A stretch of DNA of 64,000 nucleotides from a virus (Duplodnaviria > Caudoviricetes): positions 1-64,000 of the IMG/VR virus record IMGVR_UViG_3300005077_000712, one strand, 5' to 3'. The notes under the pieces are model-generated. The model saw nothing but the letters and a program-made list of their open reading frames with translations, searched no databases and was not told the origin of the DNA. The stretch's first letter is position 1. Each line of letters opens with the position of its first letter. The translations under genes and the position numbers were made by a program. This document shows positions 1-8,244 of this stretch, piece after piece.

Positions 1-606
1 ATTCCAACTTGAATTTGTTGACCATATACTTCCATTAAATTTTTCTGTAACTGCTGTATAAGAACCTGTATCTCCCCCAAAACATAGAGCTGAATTTTGA
101 ACACCTGCTGAACCCACATATCCTTTAGCTTCACTTAAATCACCACCAGATACAATAGACCAAGTATCTCTAATTAAGAAATCAGTATAAAGATTGTTTA
201 TAAATACTTCTTTAATACCGCTGTCAACAATTTCAAACTCATAATTTTCAGTAATTACAATAATTTCATTAGGTGGTATATATGGATGTTCAATATCAAT
301 ATATAGTAGATTTTCTACAGGAGTAAAAGAAAAAGTAATTGGTTCATTTATAAATGTTACATTTTTTTCTTTACACCATTGAGTAAGATTATTATTATTT
401 ATAGTTAAAGATGTTGAAACATCTGAAAAACTATTTAACATTTCTTGCCATGAATAGGAATTTGTTTTTATGTAGATAATTTTTAAATTATCTTTAAATT
501 TATAAACTCCTAAACTTACTTGTATAAATAAGTTGTTAAATGTATATTGGTCATATACAACATAATCATATAAATCTTTAGTTAAGTTTATATTTAATTT
601 ATTCAT
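1..606 (-). CDS. Kelch/beta-propeller repeat protein, paralog of 611..2848 (3' end outside window)
   Basis: ATG at 606 reads MNKLNINLTKDLYDYVVYDQ, matching the N-terminus of the neighbouring ORF; contains the same DTWSIVSGGDLSEAK...QNSALCFGG...AVTEKFNGS repeat. Confidence 0.85.
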   Translation of the reverse strand, partial: MNKLNINLTKDLYDYVVYDQYTFNNLFIQVSLGVYKFKDNLKIIYIKTNSYSWQEMLNSFSDVSTSLTINNNNLTQWCKEKNVTFINEPITFSFTPVENLLYIDIEHPYIPPNEIIVITENYEFEIVDSGIKEVFINNLYTDFLIRDTWSIVSGGDLSEAKGYVGSAGVQNSALCFGGDTGSYTAVTEKFNGSIWSTNSSWN

Positions 607-610
607 GTAA

Positions 611-2848
611 TTAATACCTAATTAAAATTTTATCATTTAAATCTAATAGAAACGAATCTAAAAATTTTGAAATAAATTTCTCTGTAACTGCTGTAGCTGA
701 ACCTGCATCTCCACCAAAGCATAACGCTGAATTTTGTGTTCCTGATGAACCCATATAAGCTTTAGCTTCACTTAAATTACCACTTAAAGTCCATATACTT
801 CCATTAAATTTCTCTGTAACTACTGTAAATGAACCTGTATACCCCCCAAAGCATAGAGCTGAATTTTGGGTTCCTGTTGAACCCACAGTATATTTAGCAA
901 CACTTAAATTACCACTTACAGACCATAAAAATCCATTAAATTTCTCTGTAATTGCTGTATAACCACTTGTATATCCCCCAAAGCATAGAGCTGAATTTTG
1001 AACACCTGCTGAACCCATATATCCTTTAGCAACACTTAAATTACCACTTAATGACCATGTACTTCCATTAAATTTCTCTGTAACTGCTATATAAGAACCT
1101 GTATATCCCCCAAAGCATAGAGCTGAATTTTGTGTTCCACATCCACCTATATCAGATTTAGCTTCACTTAAATTACTACTTAAAGACCATATACTTCCAT
1201 TAAATTTTTCTGTAACTGCTGCAACTGAGACTGCATACCCCCCAAAACATAGAGCTGAATTTTGGGTTCCACATCCACCTACTTGATATTTAGCTTCACT
1301 TAAATTACTACTTACAGACCATATACTTCCATTAAATTTCTCTGTAACTGCTGTTCTTGGGGGATCTATATCTCCACCAAAACATAATGCTGAATTTTGA
1401 GTTCCACATCCACCTACACCATATTTAGCAACACTTAAATCACCACCAGATACAGTAGACCAAGTATCAACTGTATTTTCCTTCCCTAATTCTCTTATAT
1501 ACTTTTTATCATATTCATCATTACTATCATCAATTTTTAAAATAACTACAACATTTGCAGGACACATAACTTTAAATATATCAACCTTATTTTTTGAACT
1601 TGTATTAATAACTGTATAAGGCTCATCTGTATGATTTGATCTTATATGTATATCTTTATAAAATGAAAGCTTCCCAATAAATTTCTCTGTAACTGCTATA
1701 TAAGAACCTGTATATCCCCCAAAACATAAGGCTGAATTTTGTGTTCCTGATGAACCCATACTACTTTTAGCAGCACTTAAATTACCACTTAATGACCATA
1801 TGCTTCCATTAAATTTTTCTGTAACTGCTATATAAGAACCTGTATATCCCCCAAAGCATAGAGCTGAATTTTGGGTTCCACATCCACCTATATAATCTTT
1901 AGCAACACTTAAATTGCCACTTAAAGACCATGTACTTCCATTAAATTTCTCTGTAACTGCTGTTCTTGAGCCTGTCCATCCACCAAAGCATAGAGCTGAA
2001 TTTTGGGTTCCTGTTGAACCCACAGTATATTTAGCAACACTTAAATTACCACTTAAAGACCATACAGAACCATTAAATTTCTCTGTAACTGCTATATAAC
2101 CACTTGTATATCCCCCAAAACATAAAGCTGAATTTTGAGTACCTGCTGAACCCATAGCATATTTAGCTTGACTTAAATTGCCACTTAAAGACCATATACT
2201 TCCATTAAATTTTTCTGTAACTGCATATTTAGCAGCAGTTAAATTACCACTTAAAGACCATATACTTCCATTAAATTTCTCTGTAACTGCTGTTCTCGGA
2301 GCTGTACTACCCCCAAAGCATAGAGCTGAATTTTGAGTACCTGCTGAACCTGCATAAACTTTAGCAACACTTAAATTACCACCAGATACAGTAGACCAAG
2401 TATCATTTATAAAATCATAAGAAGTTAAATTTTCAATACTTAAAGTCCGTAATCCATTATCAGAAATTTCAAATTCATAAAGATTTTCAGAAACTAAAAT
2501 TTTTGTAGGTACATATGATTCATATTCTTCTTCTAGATATATAGTATTTTCGACATTAGGATGTGTTACAGTTAATCCAGTTGCATCAAAAACAACATTA
2601 TGTTCTCTTGCCCATTGAATTAAATTATTTAAAGTAAATATAATATTTATTGAGGTATCAGAGAAAGAATCAAGCAAGTTTTGGTATGAATAAGTACCTG
2701 ATTTTATATAAATAGATTTAAGATTATCTTTATATTTATAATTTCCTGGACTTATTTGTGCAAATAGTTTATTGAAGGAATCTTGATTATATACAACATG
2801 GTCATATAAATCTTTAGTTAAATTTATATTTAATTTTTGGATAGGCAT
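611..2848 (-). CDS. Kelch-like repeat protein with two beta-propeller blocks (putative virion/receptor-binding protein)
   Basis: 11 full 44-aa repeats (W-x-LSGNLS-x-AK...GTQNSALCFGG...AVTEKFNGS) in two blocks plus one half repeat. Confidence 0.8.
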   Translation of the reverse strand: MPIQKLNINLTKDLYDHVVYNQDSFNKLFAQISPGNYKYKDNLKSIYIKSGTYSYQNLLDSFSDTSINIIFTLNNLIQWAREHNVVFDATGLTVTHPNVENTIYLEEEYESYVPTKILVSENLYEFEISDNGLRTLSIENLTSYDFINDTWSTVSGGNLSVAKVYAGSAGTQNSALCFGGSTAPRTAVTEKFNGSIWSLSGNLTAAKYAVTEKFNGSIWSLSGNLSQAKYAMGSAGTQNSALCFGGYTSGYIAVTEKFNGSVWSLSGNLSVAKYTVGSTGTQNSALCFGGWTGSRTAVTEKFNGSTWSLSGNLSVAKDYIGGCGTQNSALCFGGYTGSYIAVTEKFNGSIWSLSGNLSAAKSSMGSSGTQNSALCFGGYTGSYIAVTEKFIGKLSFYKDIHIRSNHTDEPYTVINTSSKNKVDIFKVMCPANVVVILKIDDSNDEYDKKYIRELGKENTVDTWSTVSGGDLSVAKYGVGGCGTQNSALCFGGDIDPPRTAVTEKFNGSIWSVSSNLSEAKYQVGGCGTQNSALCFGGYAVSVAAVTEKFNGSIWSLSSNLSEAKSDIGGCGTQNSALCFGGYTGSYIAVTEKFNGSTWSLSGNLSVAKGYMGSAGVQNSALCFGGYTSGYTAITEKFNGFLWSVSGNLSVAKYTVGSTGTQNSALCFGGYTGSFTVVTEKFNGSIWTLSGNLSEAKAYMGSSGTQNSALCFGGDAGSATAVTEKFISKFLDSFLLDLNDKILIRY
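680..2400 (-). repeat. 132-bp near-identical tandem DNA repeats encoding the Kelch blades
   Basis: Recurrent ccattaaatttctctgtaactgc and ccaaagcatagagctgaattttg blocks at about 132-bp spacing. Confidence 0.9.
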
Positions 2849-2900
2849 ATATATTTGTCCTTTAATTGTGATATATGATTATATTAAAAAAAGGGCAAAA

Positions 2901-2928
2901 AAAAAGACTAATTATTATTAGTCTTTTT
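2901..2928. terminator. Intrinsic terminator-like hairpin
   Basis: aaaaagactaat-tatt-attagtcttttt inverted repeat with A/T tails. Confidence 0.6.
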
Positions 2929-3056
2929 TCAATTTAATTATTTCTTCTATTGAAAGAAGATGTTTTAAAAAACTTATAGGTAAATCTTTAATATTAGTAT
3001 GTTTTGCAACCTCCATCTTATCAAAGATAAAAACTTCTGTTTTTTCTGTTTTTATA

Positions 3057-3416
3057 TTATGAATTTTCAACTTTCAATACATCTCTAATAATACCTTCAA
3101 AAACTTGTTTAGGAAAAGCTCCTGAAGCCATTTGTGGATTTTCATTCATAGGGATTATTAAAAAACTTGGTATTCCTTGTATTCCAAATAATTTTGCAAG
3201 TTCTTGTTCTTTTTCTGTGTTAATTTTGTAAATATCAATTTTACCTTCATATTCTTTTGAAAGTTGTTCAAGTATAGGTGATACCATTTTGCATGGTCCA
3301 CACCAATCTGCATAAAAATCAATTATAGCAGGTTTATCACCTTTAAAAGTAAATTCTTCATTATTTTCATAATCAAATACTTTTTCTATAAAAGTTTCTT
3401 TTGTTAAATTTTCCAT
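3057..3416 (-). CDS. trxA: Thioredoxin
   Basis: IDFYADWCGPCK active site; start moved to MENL, which has an AGAGG SD upstream. Confidence 0.92.
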   Translation of the reverse strand: MENLTKETFIEKVFDYENNEEFTFKGDKPAIIDFYADWCGPCKMVSPILEQLSKEYEGKIDIYKINTEKEQELAKLFGIQGIPSFLIIPMNENPQMASGAFPKQVFEGIIRDVLKVENS

Positions 3417-3462
3417 ATTACCTCTTATATTCAAAAATTTTTAAAAAATTATATTTTTTTAT

Positions 3463-3536
3463 GTAAATCAAATGGGACTCGAACCCATAACCTGCTCCTT
3501 GTAAAAGAGATTGCTCCGCCATTCGCTTTTGATTTA
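3463..3536 (-). tRNA. tRNA-Val(TAC)-like, degenerate D arm
   Basis: TAAATCA/TGATTTA acceptor, loop TTTACAA, T arm ATGGG-TTCGAGT-CCCAT; poorly paired D stem. Confidence 0.55.
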
Positions 3537-3540
3537 TAAT

Positions 3541-3738
3541 ATGGGGCTTCCACCCATTGCGATTATTAAGTCATGATCTTAATTTCTCTCTGGACCTCGT
3601 TCTTGAGTTCCCACCAAACAAGGACTCCCACCTGTTGTAGAATTAACTTGTACTTCATTAATTCCTCTGCTACTCAGTTAGCCCTTTCACTAATAACCTC
3701 CTAAAGTGTGCTTGTAAACAGAGGCATAGCAGGTCAAT
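3541..3738 (-). ncRNA. Unclassified structured RNA between two tRNAs
   Basis: GC-richer ORF-free 200 nt with complementary segments (ctgcta/tagcag, cctctg/cagagg, gacct/aggtc) and several hairpins. Confidence 0.45.
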
Positions 3739-3739
3739 T

Positions 3740-3814
3740 TGCATCCTGATGGGATCGAACCATCTACATTATAATTATGAATTATAGGCTTTAAACCAAA
3801 TGAGCTAAGAATGC
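3740..3814 (-). tRNA. tRNA-Met/Ile2(CAT)
   Basis: GCATTCT/AGGATGC acceptor, TATAA-TTCATAA-TTATA anticodon arm, TTCGATC T loop. Confidence 0.85.
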
Positions 3815-4006
3815 TTGTACTTTATCAATTTCTTTAAAAACAGATTCTATATTAATCTGATATTTTGAAATTAATTCTTCTGAAGAAACAAGACTTGTTT
3901 TTTCTGGTATGATTAATAACCATAAACATGTTTCATATGGCAAGAAAAAACATAATGCTCCATCTTCTCTAAAAAACTTAAAAGCTACAGCATGCTCACA
4001 TTGCAT
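3791..4006 (-). CDS. Hypothetical protein (3' end overlaps tRNA)
   Basis: 71-aa co-oriented ORF; last codons fall in the tRNA 5' end. Confidence 0.4.
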   Translation of the reverse strand: MQCEHAVAFKFFREDGALCFFLPYETCLWLLIIPEKTSLVSSEELISKYQINIESVFKEIDKVQAFLAHLV

Positions 4007-4026
4007 AAGTTTTAATTTCCAATATA

Positions 4027-4680
4027 TTATAATATTAAATTATCTTTAAAAGGATTTAAAAAATTTGTACCAATTGTATTATTAGGGAAATAATAAATAT
4101 TATAATCTCCACTATCTAAATAAAACAATTCAGGGAATTTATTTTTAAACCTTGAATAATTACCATTATCATCATATCCAACAAGTTCCTTTAATGTAAA
4201 TTGGCAATTATTAATTTTAGAAAAATTTTTATATTTAATTAGGTTTTCTTCTGTAGTATTTTTTGTAACAACATGAACTATTCTTACTTTTGTAAATTTA
4301 ATCAAATAATTAAAATAATCTACATCTTCTTCAAAAATATCACTACTTAAAACGCATCTATTTACATTTCTCCAAAAAGCATCATTGTAAAATTTTTCTC
4401 TTGAATGAACATCTACTTTAATGTTTCTTTCTTTACATTTAGCAAATAAAATATCCCAGAAAGTATCTTTATAAGTTTCATAATTATACAGGCAATCTCC
4501 ACCACCAGATATAGAAACTTTATCTTTTTTAAATGTATCAAAAAACTTATCCATTAAATTCCAATCTATATTTAATTGAATATCTTTTAATGGATGATTT
4601 TCCCAAATACAATACCAACAATTTGTCTGGCATCCAAAATTTGTAATTATTGATATATTAAGATTTTCTTTATTAAACAT
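4027..4680 (-). CDS. Radical SAM protein
   Basis: CQTNCWYC (CxxxCxxC) and SISGGGD motif. Confidence 0.8.
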   Translation of the reverse strand: MFNKENLNISIITNFGCQTNCWYCIWENHPLKDIQLNIDWNLMDKFFDTFKKDKVSISGGGDCLYNYETYKDTFWDILFAKCKERNIKVDVHSREKFYNDAFWRNVNRCVLSSDIFEEDVDYFNYLIKFTKVRIVHVVTKNTTEENLIKYKNFSKINNCQFTLKELVGYDDNGNYSRFKNKFPELFYLDSGDYNIYYFPNNTIGTNFLNPFKDNLIL

Positions 4681-4687
4681 AATTATA

Positions 4688-5671
4688 CTACTTTGTATGT
4701 ATTTGTGCTAATTGCCCACAACATAAGCCTGCTTCTTCACATTTAGCAATGGCATCATATATTACAGGTATCCCATGCTTTTCAAAGTCTTTACTTAATT
4801 GTACTAATTTATCATAATTTTCATAATTAGCATAAGCTGATAAATCATTTTCAAAAGCATTATTTGTTTTATTAAGTGGAATTAATTTAACAACAAATTT
4901 TTCTTTATTTAATCCTAATTCTATTAGTTTATTAACATCAACTTCAACATCATTAATTACAATAAAATTAAGAGTAACAGTTCTATTTGTTATTTCTTTA
5001 GTATTGATATACTCAATAATATCTTTTATACTTGCTACATTTGCTCCACCAAATAATTCAGATCTTTTATTTTCATCTGTAGAATTACAACTTATTTGGA
5101 AATGTAAAAATCCATCAAAGTATTTTTCTTTTACTTCAATAACTCTATCTACAATATCTTTCCAAATAAATCCTTCTAATGTTTTAACTGGTAATATAGA
5201 ATTAAAACAAGGAAGCCATTTAAAATTTTTATTATATTTCTCTGAAATTTTATATAAATTTTTCATTGCTCCTAAAACTGCATCTATATTATGAGCAGGT
5301 TCTCCCATTCTTGCAAAACCAATTTTTACCTTATTACTTTCATTAACATAATTTGTGTTAGATATTAATATTTCAATTTCTTGTTCAATTTCTTTTTGTG
5401 ATAGATTCCCACTAAATTTTAATGGGGCAACATCACAAAATTCACAATTATGAGGGCAACCTTTTTGTGTACTAACTGTTAAAAGCCATTTATCTTTATA
5501 ATCAACTAAATGATTCCAAATTACATGAGGATCTTGGCTATTCCTTACTTCTAAATGGAGTTTACCATCAATAGCAACATCTCTCATTTCTGTAGATTCA
5601 ATTATATAGCCATCTACATCAAGAATAAAAACTCTACCACTTGGTAAATAACATACATTTTTAATATTCAT
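4688..5671 (-). CDS. RlmN/Cfr-like radical SAM RNA methyltransferase
   Basis: STQKGCPHNCEFC, ARMGEP and C-terminal CCGQL motifs. Confidence 0.75.
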   Translation of the reverse strand: MNIKNVCYLPSGRVFILDVDGYIIESTEMRDVAIDGKLHLEVRNSQDPHVIWNHLVDYKDKWLLTVSTQKGCPHNCEFCDVAPLKFSGNLSQKEIEQEIEILISNTNYVNESNKVKIGFARMGEPAHNIDAVLGAMKNLYKISEKYNKNFKWLPCFNSILPVKTLEGFIWKDIVDRVIEVKEKYFDGFLHFQISCNSTDENKRSELFGGANVASIKDIIEYINTKEITNRTVTLNFIVINDVEVDVNKLIELGLNKEKFVVKLIPLNKTNNAFENDLSAYANYENYDKLVQLSKDFEKHGIPVIYDAIAKCEEAGLCCGQLAQIHTK

Positions 5672-5685
5672 AAATCCTCTATAGT

Positions 5686-5967
5686 TTAAGAAAGTTGATT
5701 ATCATTAACGTCTTTAATTTCAAAATCATCATCAAACTTCAAACGTACTAAAAATCCTTTTGCTGATATTACTTTTGCTTTTTTTCCAACATGAGATTTA
5801 AGTTCTTTAAATTGTTCTGCATTAAATCCCCAATCTTCAGCAGAACCTTGTACTTTTTTTAAGGTAACAATATCACCCTTTTTAAATTTTCCTTCAGCTT
5901 CTTTGCCAGTAGAATTTGAATCAGCATCTAATACTTTTTCAAGGTATTGTGTAAATAATGTAGACAT
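5686..5967 (-). CDS. Hypothetical protein with N-terminal YLEK motif and SH3/KOW-like domain
   Basis: MSTLFTQYLEKVL...FKKGDIVTLK; GGAGG SD. Confidence 0.65.
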   Translation of the reverse strand: MSTLFTQYLEKVLDADSNSTGKEAEGKFKKGDIVTLKKVQGSAEDWGFNAEQFKELKSHVGKKAKVISAKGFLVRLKFDDDFEIKDVNDNQLS

Positions 5968-6063
5968 AGTTTTCCTCCATAAATAAATTATATTATTATA
6001 TAATATATGGGAAACAATAAATTATCTAATTTTTATATTAAAACGCTTTTAAGCGATATTTTT

Positions 6064-6395
6064 TGGTGGATCTGGGGAGTTCTGCCACTCCCGTCTTGCA
6101 ATCCTTTATTTATAATCTTCTACACGGTTAGACAATTTAAGTTTGTCATTCTTTACGACTTTTGTTTGTCTCCACCAAACAGTTTTTAAAGAACTGATAA
6201 ACTTTTTTTGAAACAATACTTATTTTATTTTACAGAGTAATAAGTTAACTCCGATAGGTTTGACTAAGCAGCCATCCCTACAGGTGCTTGATAAGCTACA
6301 TTTTTTGCATTTAGTTTTTTTGCGTTCTTTAAGGTGACTACGCTTCACCCCGTGCTAATTATAAACTCAGATCCAATCGATACTAATTCAGACCC
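6064..6395 (-). ncRNA. ssrA: tmRNA; tag (A)AKNVAYQAPVGMAA*
   Basis: 5' GGGTCTG pairs with 3' CAGATCC-ACCA (G3.U); resume context CTAAAT-GCA; tag ORF 6308-6264 ends AA-TAG. Confidence 0.92.
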
Positions 6396-6482
6396 GTAAT
6401 AGATAGAGAACCGTATTAAACTCTATCTCGTTTTGTTTGAATGTACGCCCAGTTCCGTTACTGGTTTGTTGTGTTTTTATTT

Positions 6483-6557
6483 TGCCCTTACAAGGACTCG
6501 AACCCTGAAATGTGGGAGTAGAAATCCCACGCCTTAATCCAATTTGGCGATAAGGGC
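6483..6557 (-). tRNA. tRNA-Arg(TCT)
   Basis: GCCCTTA/TAAGGGC acceptor; TGGGA-TTTCTAC-TCCCA arm. Confidence 0.9.
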
Positions 6558-6560
6558 ATT

Positions 6561-6633
6561 TACGCTTAGAAGGACTCGAACCCTCATAACAAAGTTCGTA
6601 GCTTTGTACTCTAATCCATTGAGATATAAGCGT
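6561..6633 (-). tRNA. tRNA-Arg(ACG)
   Basis: ACGCTTA/TAAGCGT acceptor; CAAAG-CTACGAA-CTTTG arm. Confidence 0.9.
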
Positions 6634-6637
6634 ATAT

Positions 6638-6708
6638 TGCACAAGAATAGAATTGAACTACTATCTCTTGATTATCATTCAAGGGTTTTACCATTAAACT
6701 ACTTGTGC
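6638..6708 (-). tRNA. tRNA-Ile(GAT)
   Basis: GCACAAG/CTTGTGC acceptor; CTTGA-ATGATAA-TCAAG arm. Confidence 0.88.
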
Positions 6709-6713
6709 TTATG

Positions 6714-6796
6714 CGGAAGAGGTGAGACTCGAACTCACAAGGCTTTGACACCCAATAGTTTTCAGGACTACCTGTCTCCCTACTGACAACCCTTCC
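6714..6796 (-). tRNA. tRNA-Ser(TGA), C33
   Basis: GGAAGGG/CTCTTCC-G73; loop CCTGAAA; long variable arm. Confidence 0.85.
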
Positions 6797-6802
6797 ATAA
6801 AT

Positions 6803-7142
6803 TAGCTCTGATGGGATTTGAACCCATACTTGAGGGATTTTCTTACCACTATAGTTTTCACTACCATTATGTTTGTGGTCTGGACTTTCTCTTCATCATA
6901 TCATTTGACTTAGATGGACTCCCGTTAAGTCTCTGCACGTTTCTTTTAATAAAAAAGATTTCGCTCAGGATTGCCATCATCATTACATGTTAAGGTTCCC
7001 CTGAATTTGAGAGTCTCCACTTAATATATTTCTATATTAAGGCTCAATTTTTAATGCTTACTATTTTTACCTCTAATTACAAAAAAATAATAAACATTAT
7101 AGAAAAAAGTCCCTTGCCTCTACCAGATTGGGCTACAGAGCC
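6803..7142 (-). tRNA. tRNA-Leu(TAA) split by a group I intron (exons 7142-7107 and 6841-6803)
   Basis: Exon 1 GGCTCTG...AGGGACTT joined to exon 2 AAAATCCCT...CAGAGCT-A restores loop CTTAAAA. Confidence 0.85.
6842..7106 (-). mobile_element. Group I intron (IC3, trnL-UAA type), 265 nt
   Basis: IGS AATTGAGCC; P AAATTCAGGGGAACCT; Q AATCCTGAGC; R GTGCAGAGACT; S AAGAGAAAGTCC; terminal G before AAAA. Confidence 0.9.
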
Positions 7143-7290
7143 ATGTTAGATGAAAAAATTAAAATCTCCATAATTTAAATTTTTAAATATCAACCGAGTC
7201 TTTCCTTATTCAAGAATGATTCATGCTGACTTATGGAGCGTGAATATTGTTAATCTACCTCATAACTTTACCTCCTTTATTAAAATAATG

Positions 7291-7373
7291 AGCCTAGTAC
7301 TGGAGTCGAACCAGTGTGGAATTACTTCTACGGCTTACAAAACCGTCCCAATCGACCTCTATGGGAACTAGGC
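7291..7373 (-). tRNA. tRNA with TGT (Thr) anticodon and long variable arm
   Basis: GCCTAGT/ACTAGGC-U73; ACGGT-TTTGTAA-GCCGT arm; 14-nt variable region AGAAGTAATTCCAC. Confidence 0.7.
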
Positions 7374-7377
7374 AATT

Positions 7378-7464
7378 CGGAATGAATAGGATTTGAACCT
7401 ATGGATGCTTTTCAGCATCAATGGTTTAGCAAACCATCTCCTTAAACCACTCGGACATCATTCC
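7378..7464 (-). tRNA. tRNA-Ser(GCT)
   Basis: GGAATGA/TCATTCC-G73; loop TTGCTAA; long variable arm GATGC-TGAAAA-GCATC. Confidence 0.92.
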
Positions 7465-7470
7465 ATTATA

Positions 7471-8244
7471 TTAAAACATTTTTACTAAAAAATCAGATTG
7501 CATTGTCCCAGGAACAGGAACCATTGCATTATTATTAATCATAATTTCTACATCTTTAATTTCTGATAATTCTTTAGCTTTATTAATAATATTCATTATA
7601 TTGAAAGATCTAACAACACAATATTTATTAACAAATTTTGGAATCGTATCTTTTTTTATCAAAAAATGTAAACCACCTTTAGTTTCTATAAGATAAAATA
7701 AAATACCATTTTCAGCTAAACTATCATATAGATATTCAATAACTTGTTTTTCTTTTGTATCACAATCAATATCAATAAATTCTTTTCTTGAACTTGATTT
7801 TTGAATACAATTCATAAGTTCTCTTGTTTGAATATTTACAAAAGAATAATTAGGATTCTTACCGTTCATTAAAGCTGATGTAATTTCTGAAATTTGATTA
7901 CTCATTTCTTTTTGAAATTGCATATAAGCCTTTACCATACTTGAAGGATTAATATTCATATATACCACAAGAGACTTTTCAGGAATTAACATTCCGTTTC
8001 TTGTAGTTTTAAATTCAAGTAATGATTCAAGTTTTTTAATAGTATAAGTCTCTAATTTTTCTTTTGATTGAGCTATCTCTCTTCCAAACATTTCGGTTTG
8101 ACCAAGAGAATAATGTTCTCTTTCCTCTTTAGAAAGATATTTATTTCTTGCAGATAAACTTATGAAATATACTTCATCATTTTGTAATTCAGGGAGTAAA
8201 TCTATAAATTTATTAAATTGTTTTTGATCTTTAATTAATTTCAT
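7471..8244 (-). CDS. Conserved phage protein, possible AEP/prim-pol fold
   Basis: FIDIDCD (DxD) and ETKGGLH motifs. Confidence 0.45.
   Translation of the reverse strand: MKLIKDQKQFNKFIDLLPELQNDEVYFISLSARNKYLSKEEREHYSLGQTEMFGREIAQSKEKLETYTIKKLESLLEFKTTRNGMLIPEKSLVVYMNINPSSMVKAYMQFQKEMSNQISEITSALMNGKNPNYSFVNIQTRELMNCIQKSSSRKEFIDIDCDTKEKQVIEYLYDSLAENGILFYLIETKGGLHFLIKKDTIPKFVNKYCVVRSFNIMNIINKAKELSEIKDVEIMINNNAMVPVPGTMQSDFLVKMF

Noticed and set aside
611-2848. Diversity-generating retroelement acting on the Kelch repeats
   Set aside because: No reverse transcriptase or non-coding template repeat in the window, and differences between repeats are not confined to adenines
6400-6475. tRNA-like remnant with a possible TCA anticodon
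   Set aside because: Has a D-like hairpin and an ATTCAAA segment but no acceptor stem, a poor anticodon stem and no true T arm
6007-6993. ORF-track entries 6007, 6388, 6544 and 6811
   Set aside because: They overlap tmRNA, tRNAs and the group I intron, so they are shadow ORFs
6803-7142. Reading the intron-containing tRNA as Phe(GAA)
   Set aside because: It would need the terminal G to be exonic; group I introns end in G and the CUU/GAG P1 pairing places the junction at CUU/AAAA
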